A DNA stretch of 64,000 nt, taken from positions 372,001-436,000 of the forward strand of contig CM030332.1 in assembly GCA_017654855.1 (NCBI GenBank), in the 5' to 3' direction. A model generated the notes under the pieces. The model was not told where the DNA came from, did no database searches, and saw only the letters and a program-made list of their open reading frames with translations. The position numbers and the translations under genes are program-made. Below are positions 49,986 through 61,812 of this stretch, in pieces (position 1 is the first letter of the stretch; the number at the start of each line of letters is the position of its first letter). The stretch comes from Podospora anserina. Lineage: Eukaryota.

Positions 49986-50708
49986 ATGGTTGTCCCACGC
50001 TCCCTCTTCACTCTTCTCGCCAGCGCATCGCTCGCCCTCGCAGGTGTAGCACCGCGTCAGGATGATGCTTCACCCACTTCAACAGACCCCGAATGCGCGA
50101 TCGAGAAATTTGAGGCCCTTGCTTCGTCCATTGCTCCCGAAATCACGCCCCCCGCCAAACTCGGAGAATATATGGAGACAGCCGCCGAGATTGTCAGCGC
50201 AATTCGCACCATCCGCCCCTCCGACCTTGGCTTGGACTCGGATGAAGAAGCAGACATGCTTTGCGGCCTGGAATATGGTCCGTACGCCAGTATCAGGCCC
50301 ACCGATTCCGCGATGCTGAAGGTCATGACGAGTTGGGAGGCGCAACGCTCGAGCGCGCGCGACAAGTGGTCTAGCACTGTGCACAGTCTTGCGACGCATT
50401 GCGGAACCATCAACGGACATGCGGCTGGCTATTTGATGAGCATGGTTGCATCCAACTATGAGGAGTGCAGGACCGCTAGGAGCATTTGGCAGGAGCTGAC
50501 TACTGTCAATCAGAATGCCGCTGCTGCTACTGGCGCGACCAAGACTCCTGGGAATTCCGGCGGCCAGGACGAGACACCAACACAGACGGGAGATGTTACT
50601 GCGAACACATCAACATCTACATCTACTGCTGGGGCTTGGAAGGGAATGGAGACTGCTGGTCCGATGGTGGCCGTTGCCGGTATCATCGCCGCGGTCGTTG
50701 GACTCTGA
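49986..50708 (+). CDS. Secreted, probably GPI-anchored Cys-containing protein (paralogue 1)
   Basis: Signal peptide, four spaced Cys, Ser/Thr linker, STAGA omega region and hydrophobic tail. Confidence 0.85.
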   Translation: MVVPRSLFTLLASASLALAGVAPRQDDASPTSTDPECAIEKFEALASSIAPEITPPAKLGEYMETAAEIVSAIRTIRPSDLGLDSDEEADMLCGLEYGPYASIRPTDSAMLKVMTSWEAQRSSARDKWSSTVHSLATHCGTINGHAAGYLMSMVASNYEECRTARSIWQELTTVNQNAAAATGATKTPGNSGGQDETPTQTGDVTANTSTSTSTAGAWKGMETAGPMVAVAGIIAAVVGL

Positions 50709-50884
50709 GACCTCGAGCGGTCATCTTTTTGCGACTTGCTACTTTGGTCAACACACGATGATAGTCTGTCTTGCGATCTACGGTATACATAGTATAATAC
50801 GAAGTCATGTCGCGAATATGTTCTCCGTGATTCGATGAACTGACTCCCGATTTCTCACCAGGCATTCCCTTCTTGCATCTAATC

Positions 50885-51154
50885 TCGACGACTACCTAGT
50901 ACAACATCTTCAAGCCATCGGCATCCAGAACTCTGGCTTCATCCAGACCGCCATGTACAACCACCGCCACTGCCGCCCCTGCATCCATCAGCCCTACAGC
51001 CAAGCTCGGCAACGGCGGCTACCTGATCTCCGCCATTGATAACTACTCCACCTGCCTCGTCATCTTCATCACCAACAAGGACATTCGCGGCAGGAGCAAG
51101 GCCAACAGTGGTGCTTGGGCTGGCATCAACAACCTGCTTTACTGGGTCGATTAG
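50885..51154 (+). pseudogene. Probable relic of a fourth paralogue of the GPI-protein family
   Basis: + frame reads GGYLISAIDNYSTC..SGAWAG, compared with AGYLMSMVASNYEEC..AGAWKG in paralogue 1. No start codon or signal peptide. Confidence 0.45.
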
Positions 51155-51495
51155 AAGTTCTCGATTCAACTTCACTCTTTGACATCTCTTGTTTACGAGC
51201 ATGCCAAGATTAAAGTCAAAAGAAGCCTTGTGATCCTAATGATGGCCCCTGATGCATCATGCAAGGTTAGGTTCAGATCTGCGCCAAGCATTACCCCTGA
51301 ACACACAAGTCCCAACACAAGACCGCAGGGTGTCATTGGTGATCAAAGCAGCCCTCTAGGCATGATTTCACCTCGGAACCCGGCACCGACATTCGGCTTC
51401 AAAAGCGCCAACTTTTCCCTCCGAGATTCCAATTCTTTTGGGCCTCCATTTTCATCACCCACAGTCGTTACCATTGCAAAATCCACTCACCCAAG

Positions 51496-52260
51496 ATGAT
51501 ACCCCAAACGATCCTTACCATCGCCGCCCTCGCCGGCACCACCCTCGCCCAAACCGTCACTCCACCTCCCCACCCAACCGCCACCTCTTCCCCGGCCCAA
51601 GCCTCCGAAGATTCGCTCTACTCCCTCTGCACCTCCCAACTAAACGCCTACCAGCGCCTGCGCCCTTCGCCCGCCCGGCAGGTAGAAGCCTTCTTCGACA
51701 ATGCCCCCGAGCTCCAGGATCCTCGAAATAGGTACTGGGATCACGACCGCATCGACTCCCAATGCAAACGCGTCTGGGACGCGCGGAACACCATGGGCGC
51801 CACCGCTGCTCCGTCGCTCGCCTCTCAGTTCTCCGCTTTTACCTCAAGCTGGAACAGCTGGGTAGCTAACATCAAGGAGGAAGCGTTGGAGTGGGCAACG
51901 AAGTGTAATGAGTTTGGGGACAGTCCTTCAGGGTTTGATGGGGAGCCTAACAAGAGATGGGGCGCGAACTTTTATGCGTTAATTGTTACCGACGAGGCGG
52001 GGTGCAAGACGGCGATGAGTGACTGGTTGGGTGTTGCTGCTCGGACAAGGGCGACGGATCCTACGGCGAGTGAGACGAGTTTGGCGACGACAAAGGGTGA
52101 AGAGGCGGAGGAGCCGACAACTGCGGGGAATACACCTGCAAGCATCGATCAGGTGAGCACAACGACTTCGTCGGCGGGGGTGGCGCAGATGACGGGTTTG
52201 GGAGGGGTTATGATGGGGATTGTTGCTGTTGGTGGAGCGGTTGCGGGAGGGTTGCTCTAA
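51496..52260 (+). CDS. Secreted, probably GPI-anchored protein (paralogue 2)
   Basis: Signal peptide, C..C..SWNSW..C..CKTA, TSSAG and hydrophobic tail. Confidence 0.85.
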   Translation: MIPQTILTIAALAGTTLAQTVTPPPHPTATSSPAQASEDSLYSLCTSQLNAYQRLRPSPARQVEAFFDNAPELQDPRNRYWDHDRIDSQCKRVWDARNTMGATAAPSLASQFSAFTSSWNSWVANIKEEALEWATKCNEFGDSPSGFDGEPNKRWGANFYALIVTDEAGCKTAMSDWLGVAARTRATDPTASETSLATTKGEEAEEPTTAGNTPASIDQVSTTTSSAGVAQMTGLGGVMMGIVAVGGAVAGGLL

Positions 52261-52625
52261 GCTGTGTAGCTCTGGGTATGAGTTCAAAGAACTCTGCATA
52301 CTATACAAAACGGATAATGTCTAAATATTTGGGTGTGGTGTTGCCAGACGGGAATGCAACGGCCCGCTGGTGCAGCCAACACCACCCTGGTAATCAGGGG
52401 TATGGCAGGGAAATTGCGCCATGGAGCCCGTCCTGTTTTGGTGACCCACACAATGGAAGTCGCCCATCGTCGTCACCTTGGTCCTTCCTCTTGATGTGAA
52501 TGGCTCTTGAGACTGCCTGCGATTGGATCGAGTCAACCTTGCATCCAACAACACACGTACCGCGCGTGTAATTGCTAAACACCTTCAGCGGCAACTTCTT
52601 GCAATTCAGACATCCAACCGAGAAA

Positions 52626-53351
52626 ATGGGCCTCTTCACACTCCTCTTCCTCCTGTCCTTTTCTCTCAGCGTGCTTGCCACTCATGATCCGGTGCTCCTC
52701 CCACCGCAGCACTTTCTGATCCCAGTGCAGACCTCAGACACGGTAACAATCCCCACCGAAACCAACGTCGAAGCATTAGCGTGCGCCTCGACCTTTTCCT
52801 CCCTCTCCGGCAGTTTCCCCACGGAGCCGCCCCGCGTCGAGGCGTTTTACATGTCAGCCCTACTCGACGAAGGATTCCTATCCGTCCACCCACGCATCAC
52901 CGAGTTGATCTCCTCGGCTGAGATGTACATGCGAGTGATAAGCTCGACAACGATTACGGACCCCAACAAGTTCTCCAAGCCCTGCTCCGTTGTGATGGAA
53001 CTCCAGACAGTGATCCGCGATGCGGTACCAACGGGTGTCACCAGCGACGAGCTGGTTGCTTATGATAAGGAGTTGACGTCTTGGATTAAGGAACACAACA
53101 GCGTGGTCACCGAGTTTGCTGGGCAATGCGGTGGCGTCGATGAAAGTCAAGCAGCACATGCCCTTGCGTTTGCGATTACGGGAATGGAAGAGTGCAAGAC
53201 TGCCTTTGCGGTGGCGTATGGGGTGATTATTCCGGCTACGATGACGGACTGGACATCCACGGCCGGTGGGGCGAGGGCCTGTGAGACGGGGCTGGTGAAG
53301 GAGGTTGCTGCTGTTGTTGGGGGTGTTGCCGTAATGGGATGGTTCATGTGA
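52626..53351 (+). CDS. Secreted, probably GPI-anchored protein (paralogue 3)
   Basis: Signal peptide, C..C..TSW..C..CKTA, TSTAGGARACETG and hydrophobic tail. Confidence 0.85.
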   Translation: MGLFTLLFLLSFSLSVLATHDPVLLPPQHFLIPVQTSDTVTIPTETNVEALACASTFSSLSGSFPTEPPRVEAFYMSALLDEGFLSVHPRITELISSAEMYMRVISSTTITDPNKFSKPCSVVMELQTVIRDAVPTGVTSDELVAYDKELTSWIKEHNSVVTEFAGQCGGVDESQAAHALAFAITGMEECKTAFAVAYGVIIPATMTDWTSTAGGARACETGLVKEVAAVVGGVAVMGWFM

Positions 53352-53521
53352 ATGCACAGCGAGGAGATCAACCTTGAGATAAGCAGCTTCGAAGTTAGTG
53401 AGGAACATTAATATACCATCATGACCCAGCACGTCGTGGACAAAATAACTGGTACTGCACCTGAAGTCGGTGAAATGTGTAATCATTATCAACCTACGCA
53501 TCTCTGAAAAAAGGTCGGGCG

Positions 53522-53745
53522 TATTAACTATCTTTTGAAGCCTACTAATTATATCTTAAGGCCTCCTGACTATCTTTCAAGGCCTCTTAACGATCATTTA
53601 AGGCCCGTTAACGATCTTTTAAGCCCTATGCACTATCATTTAAGGCCTCTTGTCTAATTTTTTAAAGGCCTATTACATATCTTTCAAGGCTTATTAGTGA
53701 TTTTTCGAAGCCTGCTTCAGTGCTTTGCAGTGCCAACTATTTTGT
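53522..53745 (-). repeat. Degenerate 21-22-bp tandem array, reverse complement of the 39.5-kb array
   Basis: About 9 units, e.g. ACTATCTTTCAAGGCCT and ACGATCATTTAAGGCCC, ending AACTATTTTGT. Confidence 0.85.
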
Positions 53746-53833
53746 CCACAACGTGCCCAGCCATGTGACAAGGCTCATGAAGCAGTTGAACAGCCCTTTG
53801 ACATTTGTTCAATGAGCATGCAAGTTTCTGGTC

Positions 53834-54852
53834 TCAATTGGGCATGCAACTCGGCGGGTCCCAATTTGGCTGCCTATACTTCTCGGAGCCTGCCCAGGTT
53901 CGGATCAACCACTGAGCCATCAACTCCTTGTCCGTCAACCAGGCCTTGGGTAACCAGTCGCACCAGGGGCCTCTGTCCGTGAAATCGTTGCTGTTTCGTC
54001 GAGGGAACCGCCAGTTCCTCCAGATTGGGGAGCGTGGTTTGCCCGAGTCACCGGGTTCATGATGGGGATGGGACACAATGTTGGCAAAGGGGAATAGGGC
54101 AACCCGTGTGAAGTCCATGATGGCGATCTTGCCGTCTCTGCGGATGATGATGTGACTTGGGTCGCGGCGTTCGAAGGAAAGCATGCACTGCCACCACAGA
54201 TAGGTTACCGCATCTTTGACTTGCTGTAGCACGGATGTGCGCACTTCTTCGTCTGGCAGTGTTCCCCGGGTGATCATATCCCGCAAGTTCCCCGTCTACC
54301 AACTCCAACAAAATCACACGCACCCAGCGTGCGCCATGTGGCGTTTACGCGAGACCGTCCAAGATCCATGGTAATCCGGGGCAACACGAGAATATCCCTC
54401 CCTCATGCGTGCGCCCACGAAAAGGGGCAGGAACGAGCCCCCAGCGCATAGCCCAGACCCGCACGTGGCACGCAGTCCATCTCTACGTTTGTACAGTCGA
54501 ATGCCTTCAACAAAGGATAGTCGATGTTATCGTAAATCTTGGCCATGAAGCGTTGCGAGGGGTCGTCGTCAAAATAGCATGGCACAACGGTAGGGCCTCC
54601 GCCCTCTCTCTGATGGACATCGCTGTCGATAATGATGGTTCATTCTTCTCGATCGCCTTCGGGAATATCCTCCCAAGCCATAATTTCGGCCGGTGGGTTG
54701 TTGAGCGCAAATCTGATGTTGTCCCTCTGTGCAAAAAATGGTTCTGGGCGTTGGGAAAAGTAAGAGCGGCCGAATGGTTCTGGAGGATTGTGAATTCGGA
54801 TGTGAAGTTTGGTGCCTCGCGAGCATCGTTCGCTAGAAGGTTGCGACGACAT
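53834..54852 (-). pseudogene. Frameshifted fungal protein-kinase-like gene
   Basis: Fragments in different frames: AKIYD..YP, P.YHGSW, WVRVILLELVDG, IAIMDF and PRSPI..W. Confidence 0.6.
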
Positions 54853-55548
54853 GTTGATAACGTTTGACGTCAACGACTGTTGTGTGATTGTTTTGGGGAA
54901 GAAATTAGAATCAGCAAGATTTTTTAAGGGTGGGTTTGATATTGGTGGCAGGTCTGGAGGTTGCTGAGAAAAAGATTAAATAGGATGGTGGGCAGTGATT
55001 TGTCGGGATTGGTAACACTGAGGGCATGGGTTCAGAGGTTGTGAGACGGAAGTCGAGCCAAACCTTGTCAGGTGTTGGGGGCATACTTTGCTCGACGGCG
55101 TAAAATCTGGCTCACACTGGTACAATGGACAACTGCTGGTGTGTTACGTAGCAGACCAAACAAATTTCGAACAAAGGCAACGGTACTTGCTGATAGTTAA
55201 TCTTGTGGATGTACTGGAAATACACTGTGAGTGGCCACCGGTTTGGCATCAACGGACCTTGGCGGAGGCGATGTGAAAGAAAGATATTGACTTGCAACTT
55301 GGCGGTCGAACATTGCCCTTTAAATTGTGATTTGAAATCCCTTGAGAATTAAACTTGTGGCCTTCTGTATTGCAGACGGTGAGTGAGACTTCTACCTACA
55401 TCAGACATCATATGGCCAAGTCTGACATTGCACAAGATATCCAGTACAAAATCAGGCTAGGGTTTGTGACATGACTGCAGTGAAGACTGCCAGCAAGGTC
55501 GTGGCAAGGCTACAGTCTTATGTTTCCATCTGTACTTAGGTGCTTATG

Positions 55549-56812
55549 CTAACCTTCGAATTCCATAGCATCATTCATAACTATACAAAGTTCCACCCAC
55601 GTATTCATATTTAGAGCAGGAAGGACTTTCACTAAGAACATGAGCCGCTGAAGGACCTTCCACAGCTCCGGTAACCCCCACTCACCGCCGTCCCATCCGG
55701 CATCCCCCCCTGAAAAACGCTTGTGTTCCAGCCAAGAACAACCGCCGAAAACACTCCCCAATACCAAGCAAAAGCCAAGCAAATTTATAATGTCCCTTCC
55801 CGTGGGTCCCAACCACTTCCAGTCGAGAACGAAGACGTTGTCTGCCGGGTTCCGTTGGAGAGACAACAGGCTTTTGCCACTCCGAAAACATCCACCGATG
55901 GCTAGGCAACTGGATCGAGATCCAGGTTCCACTCCCAGAACCCCAACCGACGCAGTGGCGGTGAGACGACAGCATGCATTCCAGCATGCTACGTCGGTCA
56001 CTCCAGCACTGTTTGCTCAAGCATGTCAAGTAGAAGACATCCGTCGTGACCATGAGCGTCCCAACCGCGTAAACAGAGGCACTTTCGTGGGGCTCGCCTT
56101 GGTCATTTTGAGGTCGTCAATACTCGTCAACGAAAAGCTCCGTTTTTTGTCCTTCTCTCCTGCCCGCACCTCTCTCACTGTTGGCGACTGCCGTTTCCCC
56201 ATGGACGACCACTGCTTGGCGGCTGTTTGAGCTGAGAGCACGGGGAGCTGCCGCGTGTCCGCCTTGCGCTGGGATGAAGTTTGTTCTTCGCTCTGTGTGC
56301 TCTCCTTGGTCTGGGCCTTGTCCAAGGAGTACACCTCGCTGAGGGGACGAACCTGGGTGCTATCGGATTCCCGCCGACTGACGGGGCTGGTGGCAGTGGA
56401 GTCGTCAACTGGGAGCATAAAGGAGAACGGGAATTCCACCGCGTTTCCGACTGGATAGAGCGGTTAGTTGTGTCAGGAGCGGTGTAGAGTAAATAGGGGT
56501 AACATAGGACATACCGTAGGTGGACCAGATGTGGGTGTCAACAGTGTACTTGAAGAATTCACTGCTGACGGGGTTAAGGTTGTTCTGGTGAAGCCATCCA
56601 ACCACCCATTGCTCCGATAGCTTGACGACATCTGACTTCTTTCCCGGCATCAGCAGCGAAGTGTCTTTACTTGCTGCATAGTTAAGGATGAACTGGCGTC
56701 GAGAGTGTTCGGCGGCAGTCAGGGCTTTCATGATGTTGCGTCGCTCCAAGTCCGCTGGGGCCGACTGACGTCTCCGCTCTCTGACAGCAATGTTCGCCGC
56801 GTCTGATGTCAT
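55549..56812 (-). CDS. Hypothetical Ser/Thr/Arg-rich protein (spliced; model uncertain)
   Basis: Consecutive minus-strand ORFs 56405-56812, 56026-56439 and 55549-56001, with a GTATGT..CTAAC..AG intron near 56454-56515. Confidence 0.45.
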
Positions 56813-59800
56813 GATGTCTGTTACTTGAAGTGTAAATGGCGCCGGATGCTGGGATGAAAGGTAGTGTTATGGAGGTTTTTCGTGGAGGAACTTGGGTTGT
56901 CGTGGGTACATTGAGGGTCAGGTCATGTATCTATGGTCTGCCGGTCTGATCCAACGTCTGATGCTTGTCGAGCAGTTCTTATGGCTGTTAGGGGAAGGGG
57001 AGATCGGGATGGGATGGTAGAATTTGGATGGTTCGAAGAAACACAAGGTTGACTTTGGTCTGTTATCAGTTTGGCGTGGACCAAGTGGGGGCTGGCTTCT
57101 TTAAGTGGTCGTGGATCGGTGCCCTTTTGGTGCCATCGGAGGAACGAAGTTTGGGCTGAGTCTGGACGGGCTGGTATCACCCGTGGCCGGGACGATCCCA
57201 GAGGCCCAACCGCACGGTACGGGGTGTAGGGGTGTCCTACAGGTTGTCAGCCCTCCGCAGGCCCCCTTCGCTTTTCCGCTGCAATGTCGTACCGAGTTGT
57301 CTTTGGACCAAGAAGTCGGGTTCTGGCTAAGAAAAACCGCCAAGGAACCGCCAAGGGCGTGGTGTTACTTGGCATACGGCAGTCAGAGGGAGCGAGTGAT
57401 GCCGGGGGTTTGGATGCGAAGATGTTTGCGGGGAAAGAAGCTGGGGAAGCTTCCGTCCATTTTCTGGACTGTGGCAGCCTGCGCTACCAGCCGACGGGGC
57501 GCCAGCCAGCCCACGGCGGACTGTTTCTCAACCGACAATCAGTCCGATTGTTCTGTCTGTGTAGTGAAGAGCAATGGTGCCATCAGCATTCTTCTTTTAT
57601 GCGAAAGGGCATTTACAAAGGTGGTCAGCGAGCAACTCGGACTGGTCAGGTATGGCCCCGACACTTGGGCCCAGCAAACTGCCATGCCATGTTTCGTGTC
57701 TCTCCGGCTCGGTGGTTTGCATTCCAACAGCATCTTGGCGTTGTCGATCCTTTTCCTCCTGAAAGGAGAGCTGACTTGTAAGATGGCCATGTGCTAGTTG
57801 TTGCCAGGTTTGGTGCCCTTTCAAGGCACGTCACTGCTGTCATTGACACTGTCCGGAAACGGCCGCCTTTCCCAGTCGACATCATCTTCAACCAGTCGGA
57901 AGCCAGAATGTGCTTTGCCAAGACATGCCCCTGTCATATGTTCGATGTGGTTTGGAACGACAACTGTTCTAGGCCCAGACCTTATCTTGGATACATCACC
58001 CTACATGAGGATGTTGAGCCTCAACGGAATTGAGTGGTTGACATGCCGGTGGTGTAAGTGTTCAGTACAGACAATGGCACTCAACACCCTCAATTTCGGA
58101 ACGGATACCCAGCCCCCTGATGGCGGCAGCAACATGCAGCCGATCTTTCCCGTCATCGCCAATCATTTGGAAAATGTCGGAATCTCTCGATGTGATGGGT
58201 CAAAAATGCCGTGTTCGGAGCACAAGAGATGAGTTTATGCTGATCGTAGGACAACATTTGATGGTCATGACAAGCTCATATAGGCTGGCATTAATTGCTT
58301 CAATCAGATAGTCCAGTCAGCAACAATAGTATGGTTTTTTTGGTGATACCTAGTTGGATCTGAGCTCATGAACCCAGTCAAATAGGTACCTAGCACATGA
58401 CCGATTGAGACACATTCCTTGCATCAGCCGGCAAGCCTTAACCAATTGGTATCCCGGGTGTCAGATTTGTCATTTGGGTAACCTTTGTCATCCCGACAGA
58501 GTTAGTTGGATTGTGTATTTGCCGCATGTGAAGTTCCGGTCTCCAGTGATGAGAATGATGTTAGTGTCACAACATAAGGTGAAGCATACAACTCATACAC
58601 AAATCTTTGTGTGGGCTTGGGTATTGTTTACGCATGATATTTATCTGGTGTGGCACATTGCTTCACACACACATTAAAAGTGGGTAAAAAATATCGATCA
58701 TGTTTCTCTTGAAAAATCTTACCAAATTAAAATAGTACCTAGGCTAGGTGAGGCAAAGGGCTGGGTGAATGACGTTGACGGCTGTTTATATTTATTGCAG
58801 CTGCTATCAAACAGAGTACCATACGTGATTGTGTAGTTCAAGTGTGAGTCCGCTGTCCAGCTCTTCTCACAAGGCTGTGTGAGAGGACTTTGGCCTCTTT
58901 CCAGATTAGCACACTCTAGTTGCTCGCTCTTCTTGAAATCTGTATTTTTCATTAATAGTCTCAAATTTCGTCTTGTTTCTCCTTCATATCTGAGATAATC
59001 AAGGTACCAAGAGCGGAAAAGACCTGACCAAGCCAAACCATCCACGGGGAGCAACTCAAGGCGTGTGAGTCTGGAGGTGGGTATACTCAGCAAGAATTCT
59101 GCCTATTGTAAGGGTTGACTCATGGAGCCACCCAAGTATGTCATCCGAAGTCTGTCATCCCAAGTCAAGCAATCAGCTCCCAGTCAACCAGCGGACTTCT
59201 CTGCACAGATATAATTTCCCCATTTCCCGCCACTTCCAGCCTCCAGCAGATATCCTCGTGTATTTATTCTTCGTTCAGAGAATCAGAGGACCTTTTCTTA
59301 CTCTTTTCGAACCATCTTACTTCTCTCCAATTATATCACTTCTCTCCAACAGCCAACATGGGAATGAAACAACTTTCCGATCGCGAGTCCAGGGCGGCCC
59401 CTGCTAGTGTGAAGACCTGGTAGGTAGGCAGAGATGGGAAGCTACCTACCGTAGAGAATGATCATTGATCTAGCCCTTAGAATTGCTCTTTGAATTGTGA
59501 ACACTGGTGGTACACGAGCGCTCAAAGCTCCCTGTGTTGGAGACCTGTTTGGCGTGGTCATAATGTTCTGACAAAATTACCTTGTGCCTAGTTCTTGAAA
59601 GTTGCGTTCCTTTGCTTCCATCCTGTCGTCATGCCAGCTGCTTCCGGACTTCCAGGCATCTTTCCTTTTCAAGTCTACATATTGAGAGTAATGCAGATTA
59701 CCATTGTTATTTGCCCTGAGTGGTGTGTATAACGGGATATTTGGCTCTAAAGATACCGAATTACCTAGGTAAGATGGTCTCTGTATATGAACAATGTGTT

Positions 59801-60364
59801 CTAACGGGTCCGCCAGTTGGTGGTATCTTGACATTCATCTTACCTCTGCAGGACCTAAGTTCTGCAAGAAAGAAAGGTCTCCTCTTTTATCCAAGACAAC
59901 CTGGAAGGCAACAGTCCATTCATGTCTTCCATAAAGAGATTGAAATGGGATACAAATGGAACCTAAGATGACAAATGTATTGTGAGATGTGATGTTTACA
60001 GTAGTGAGAATATGTTGGTAACCTGGAAGTGCAGCTGCACTTTATCTTGCTATCTAGAGATGATGCTTTCTTACCTAGGTATACAAAAGTCTTCTTTTAC
60101 CTGGATTATATTGGAGAATGAAACCCATTGCGAGGAATATTGATAATCGCCGCGAGATGGCAGTTGCTCCATTGCTACCGAGCCATCTGTTCCAAAGTCA
60201 TAAATTTAGCTTGCGGAGAGTGAAACGTTTTGCCATTTAAATCCCGGCAGAAAAGCATCCTTGGTAGCGCTGCCTACAGCACAATCGACCTACACAACAA
60301 CTAAAAGGCCGTTTTAGAAATTTGGCAAAAGCTCCAACGACCGAAGCAGGAACCAACCATCAAT

Positions 60365-61673
60365 ATGTCTACATCAAAACCTTCGCGAATCTTTTCGCCT
60401 TCTGTGTCCTCCTTGGTGTCCTCTTCGTCTGATGATAGGCAGTCATCCGAGGAAAACCTCCTCGCGATCGCACGCCGCAATCTACTCCAGATTCATCCCA
60501 ATATTAGTTCCATCCGCGTCCCCGGGCCATCGGTAACGCCGGGGCGAACCCAGCCAATCACGCAAACGCCATTGCCTTCTGCGCGCCCTCCACCATCGTT
60601 GCGTCCCCAGCCGCCCTCTGCTCGTGCCCCAGCGCGCTCCAAGTCCACCTCTGAGCAAACATCTCTGTCAACTTCGCCAGTCCAGCCGACCCCTGGCAAG
60701 CCCCCTGCTCTGCCAAAGTTGGGCTACTTTCGCTCTCCACGCAGCACCCTACCTGCCTCTCAACCAAACACAACCCAGAAGCAACAGCAGCAACAACATC
60801 ACTCGGCCCCCGAACCCGAGGACCCTCTCATTGCACCCCCATTCCCCTGCCTACCCGGCACCTTGGCCCCACCCTCCGTAATCGCCATCTTCAACAACAC
60901 CCCCTCCGGACCCTCCCTCACAAACCCCATCTTCCCCATCCCCCCCTCCTCCCTCACACCAGCAGTCTTCACCTCATCCCTCAGCCCCTCCCAAACCCTC
61001 CTCTTCACCAACCCCGACGGCCCCCCCGGCTATCCCCGTTTTCTCCCACCAGACAGCGTCACCCCGGAAACCGACCCGAGCACCTTCCGTGCCTGTGACT
61101 GCGTCCTCACCCTACTATGGTTATACAGCCCCCAACTAGCACTCGACTTTTTCGGCCCCGACAGCCCCAAACACGACGTCAATTTAGAGGTATTCGACGG
61201 CCGGGTGCAAGAGCACTGGGTGAAAAAGGAGACACCGGGAGGGGGGTTGCGCCAGGTGCCGCAGTTTGGTGTTTGCAGGGTTGGTGATGAAGTTACGGTT
61301 TGTTTATCCCCTCCAACCCCCCCCCAAAAAAAAAAATTTATACAGTTGTTGACTCTACAGGAAATAGATCGGCTTCCGGACTCAGTCCAGCAAGAGAATG
61401 TGTCGCTACAGGGCCAAAATCTCGCGTGATACGGGGTTATGGACTAGCATTGACGCCAAGGACGAGGTTGTTTGTGCTGAGCGGGAGGAGAAGGAAAAAG
61501 TAGAAAGATTTGGGGCTATTGTTGGAAGAGAGTTGCTCTTGACTAGGTTTTGGTACCGGCAGCCGTATTATGAGGTTAGGATTGAGGTTGATGGGATGAT
61601 GATTGCTTATACATGGAGTGCACGCTCAAGCATATCACTTCACGGCGACGAACAAACACTGGTGAACGAATAA
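60365..61673 (+). CDS. Hypothetical protein with Pro/Ser-rich N-terminus (intron 61298-61367)
   Basis: Splicing joins ..DEVT|IGFRTQSSKRMCRYRAK.. in frame. Confidence 0.6.
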
Positions 61674-61812
61674 AAATTCGACTTCGAGGTATCATATCAT
61701 GTACATAAAAATGGCATCGAGCCGGCCTTTTCTCTCCCCCTTTCGGCACCGCCCGGGTGGTGGTTATCTGCTTTCACCCTTCTTACTCCTCCTCCTTCTC
61801 CCCATCATTTAC

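Noticed and set aside
57105-57797. 230-aa ORF in the long intergenic region
   Set aside because: Non-ATG start, atypical Cys/Trp-rich composition and no motifs.
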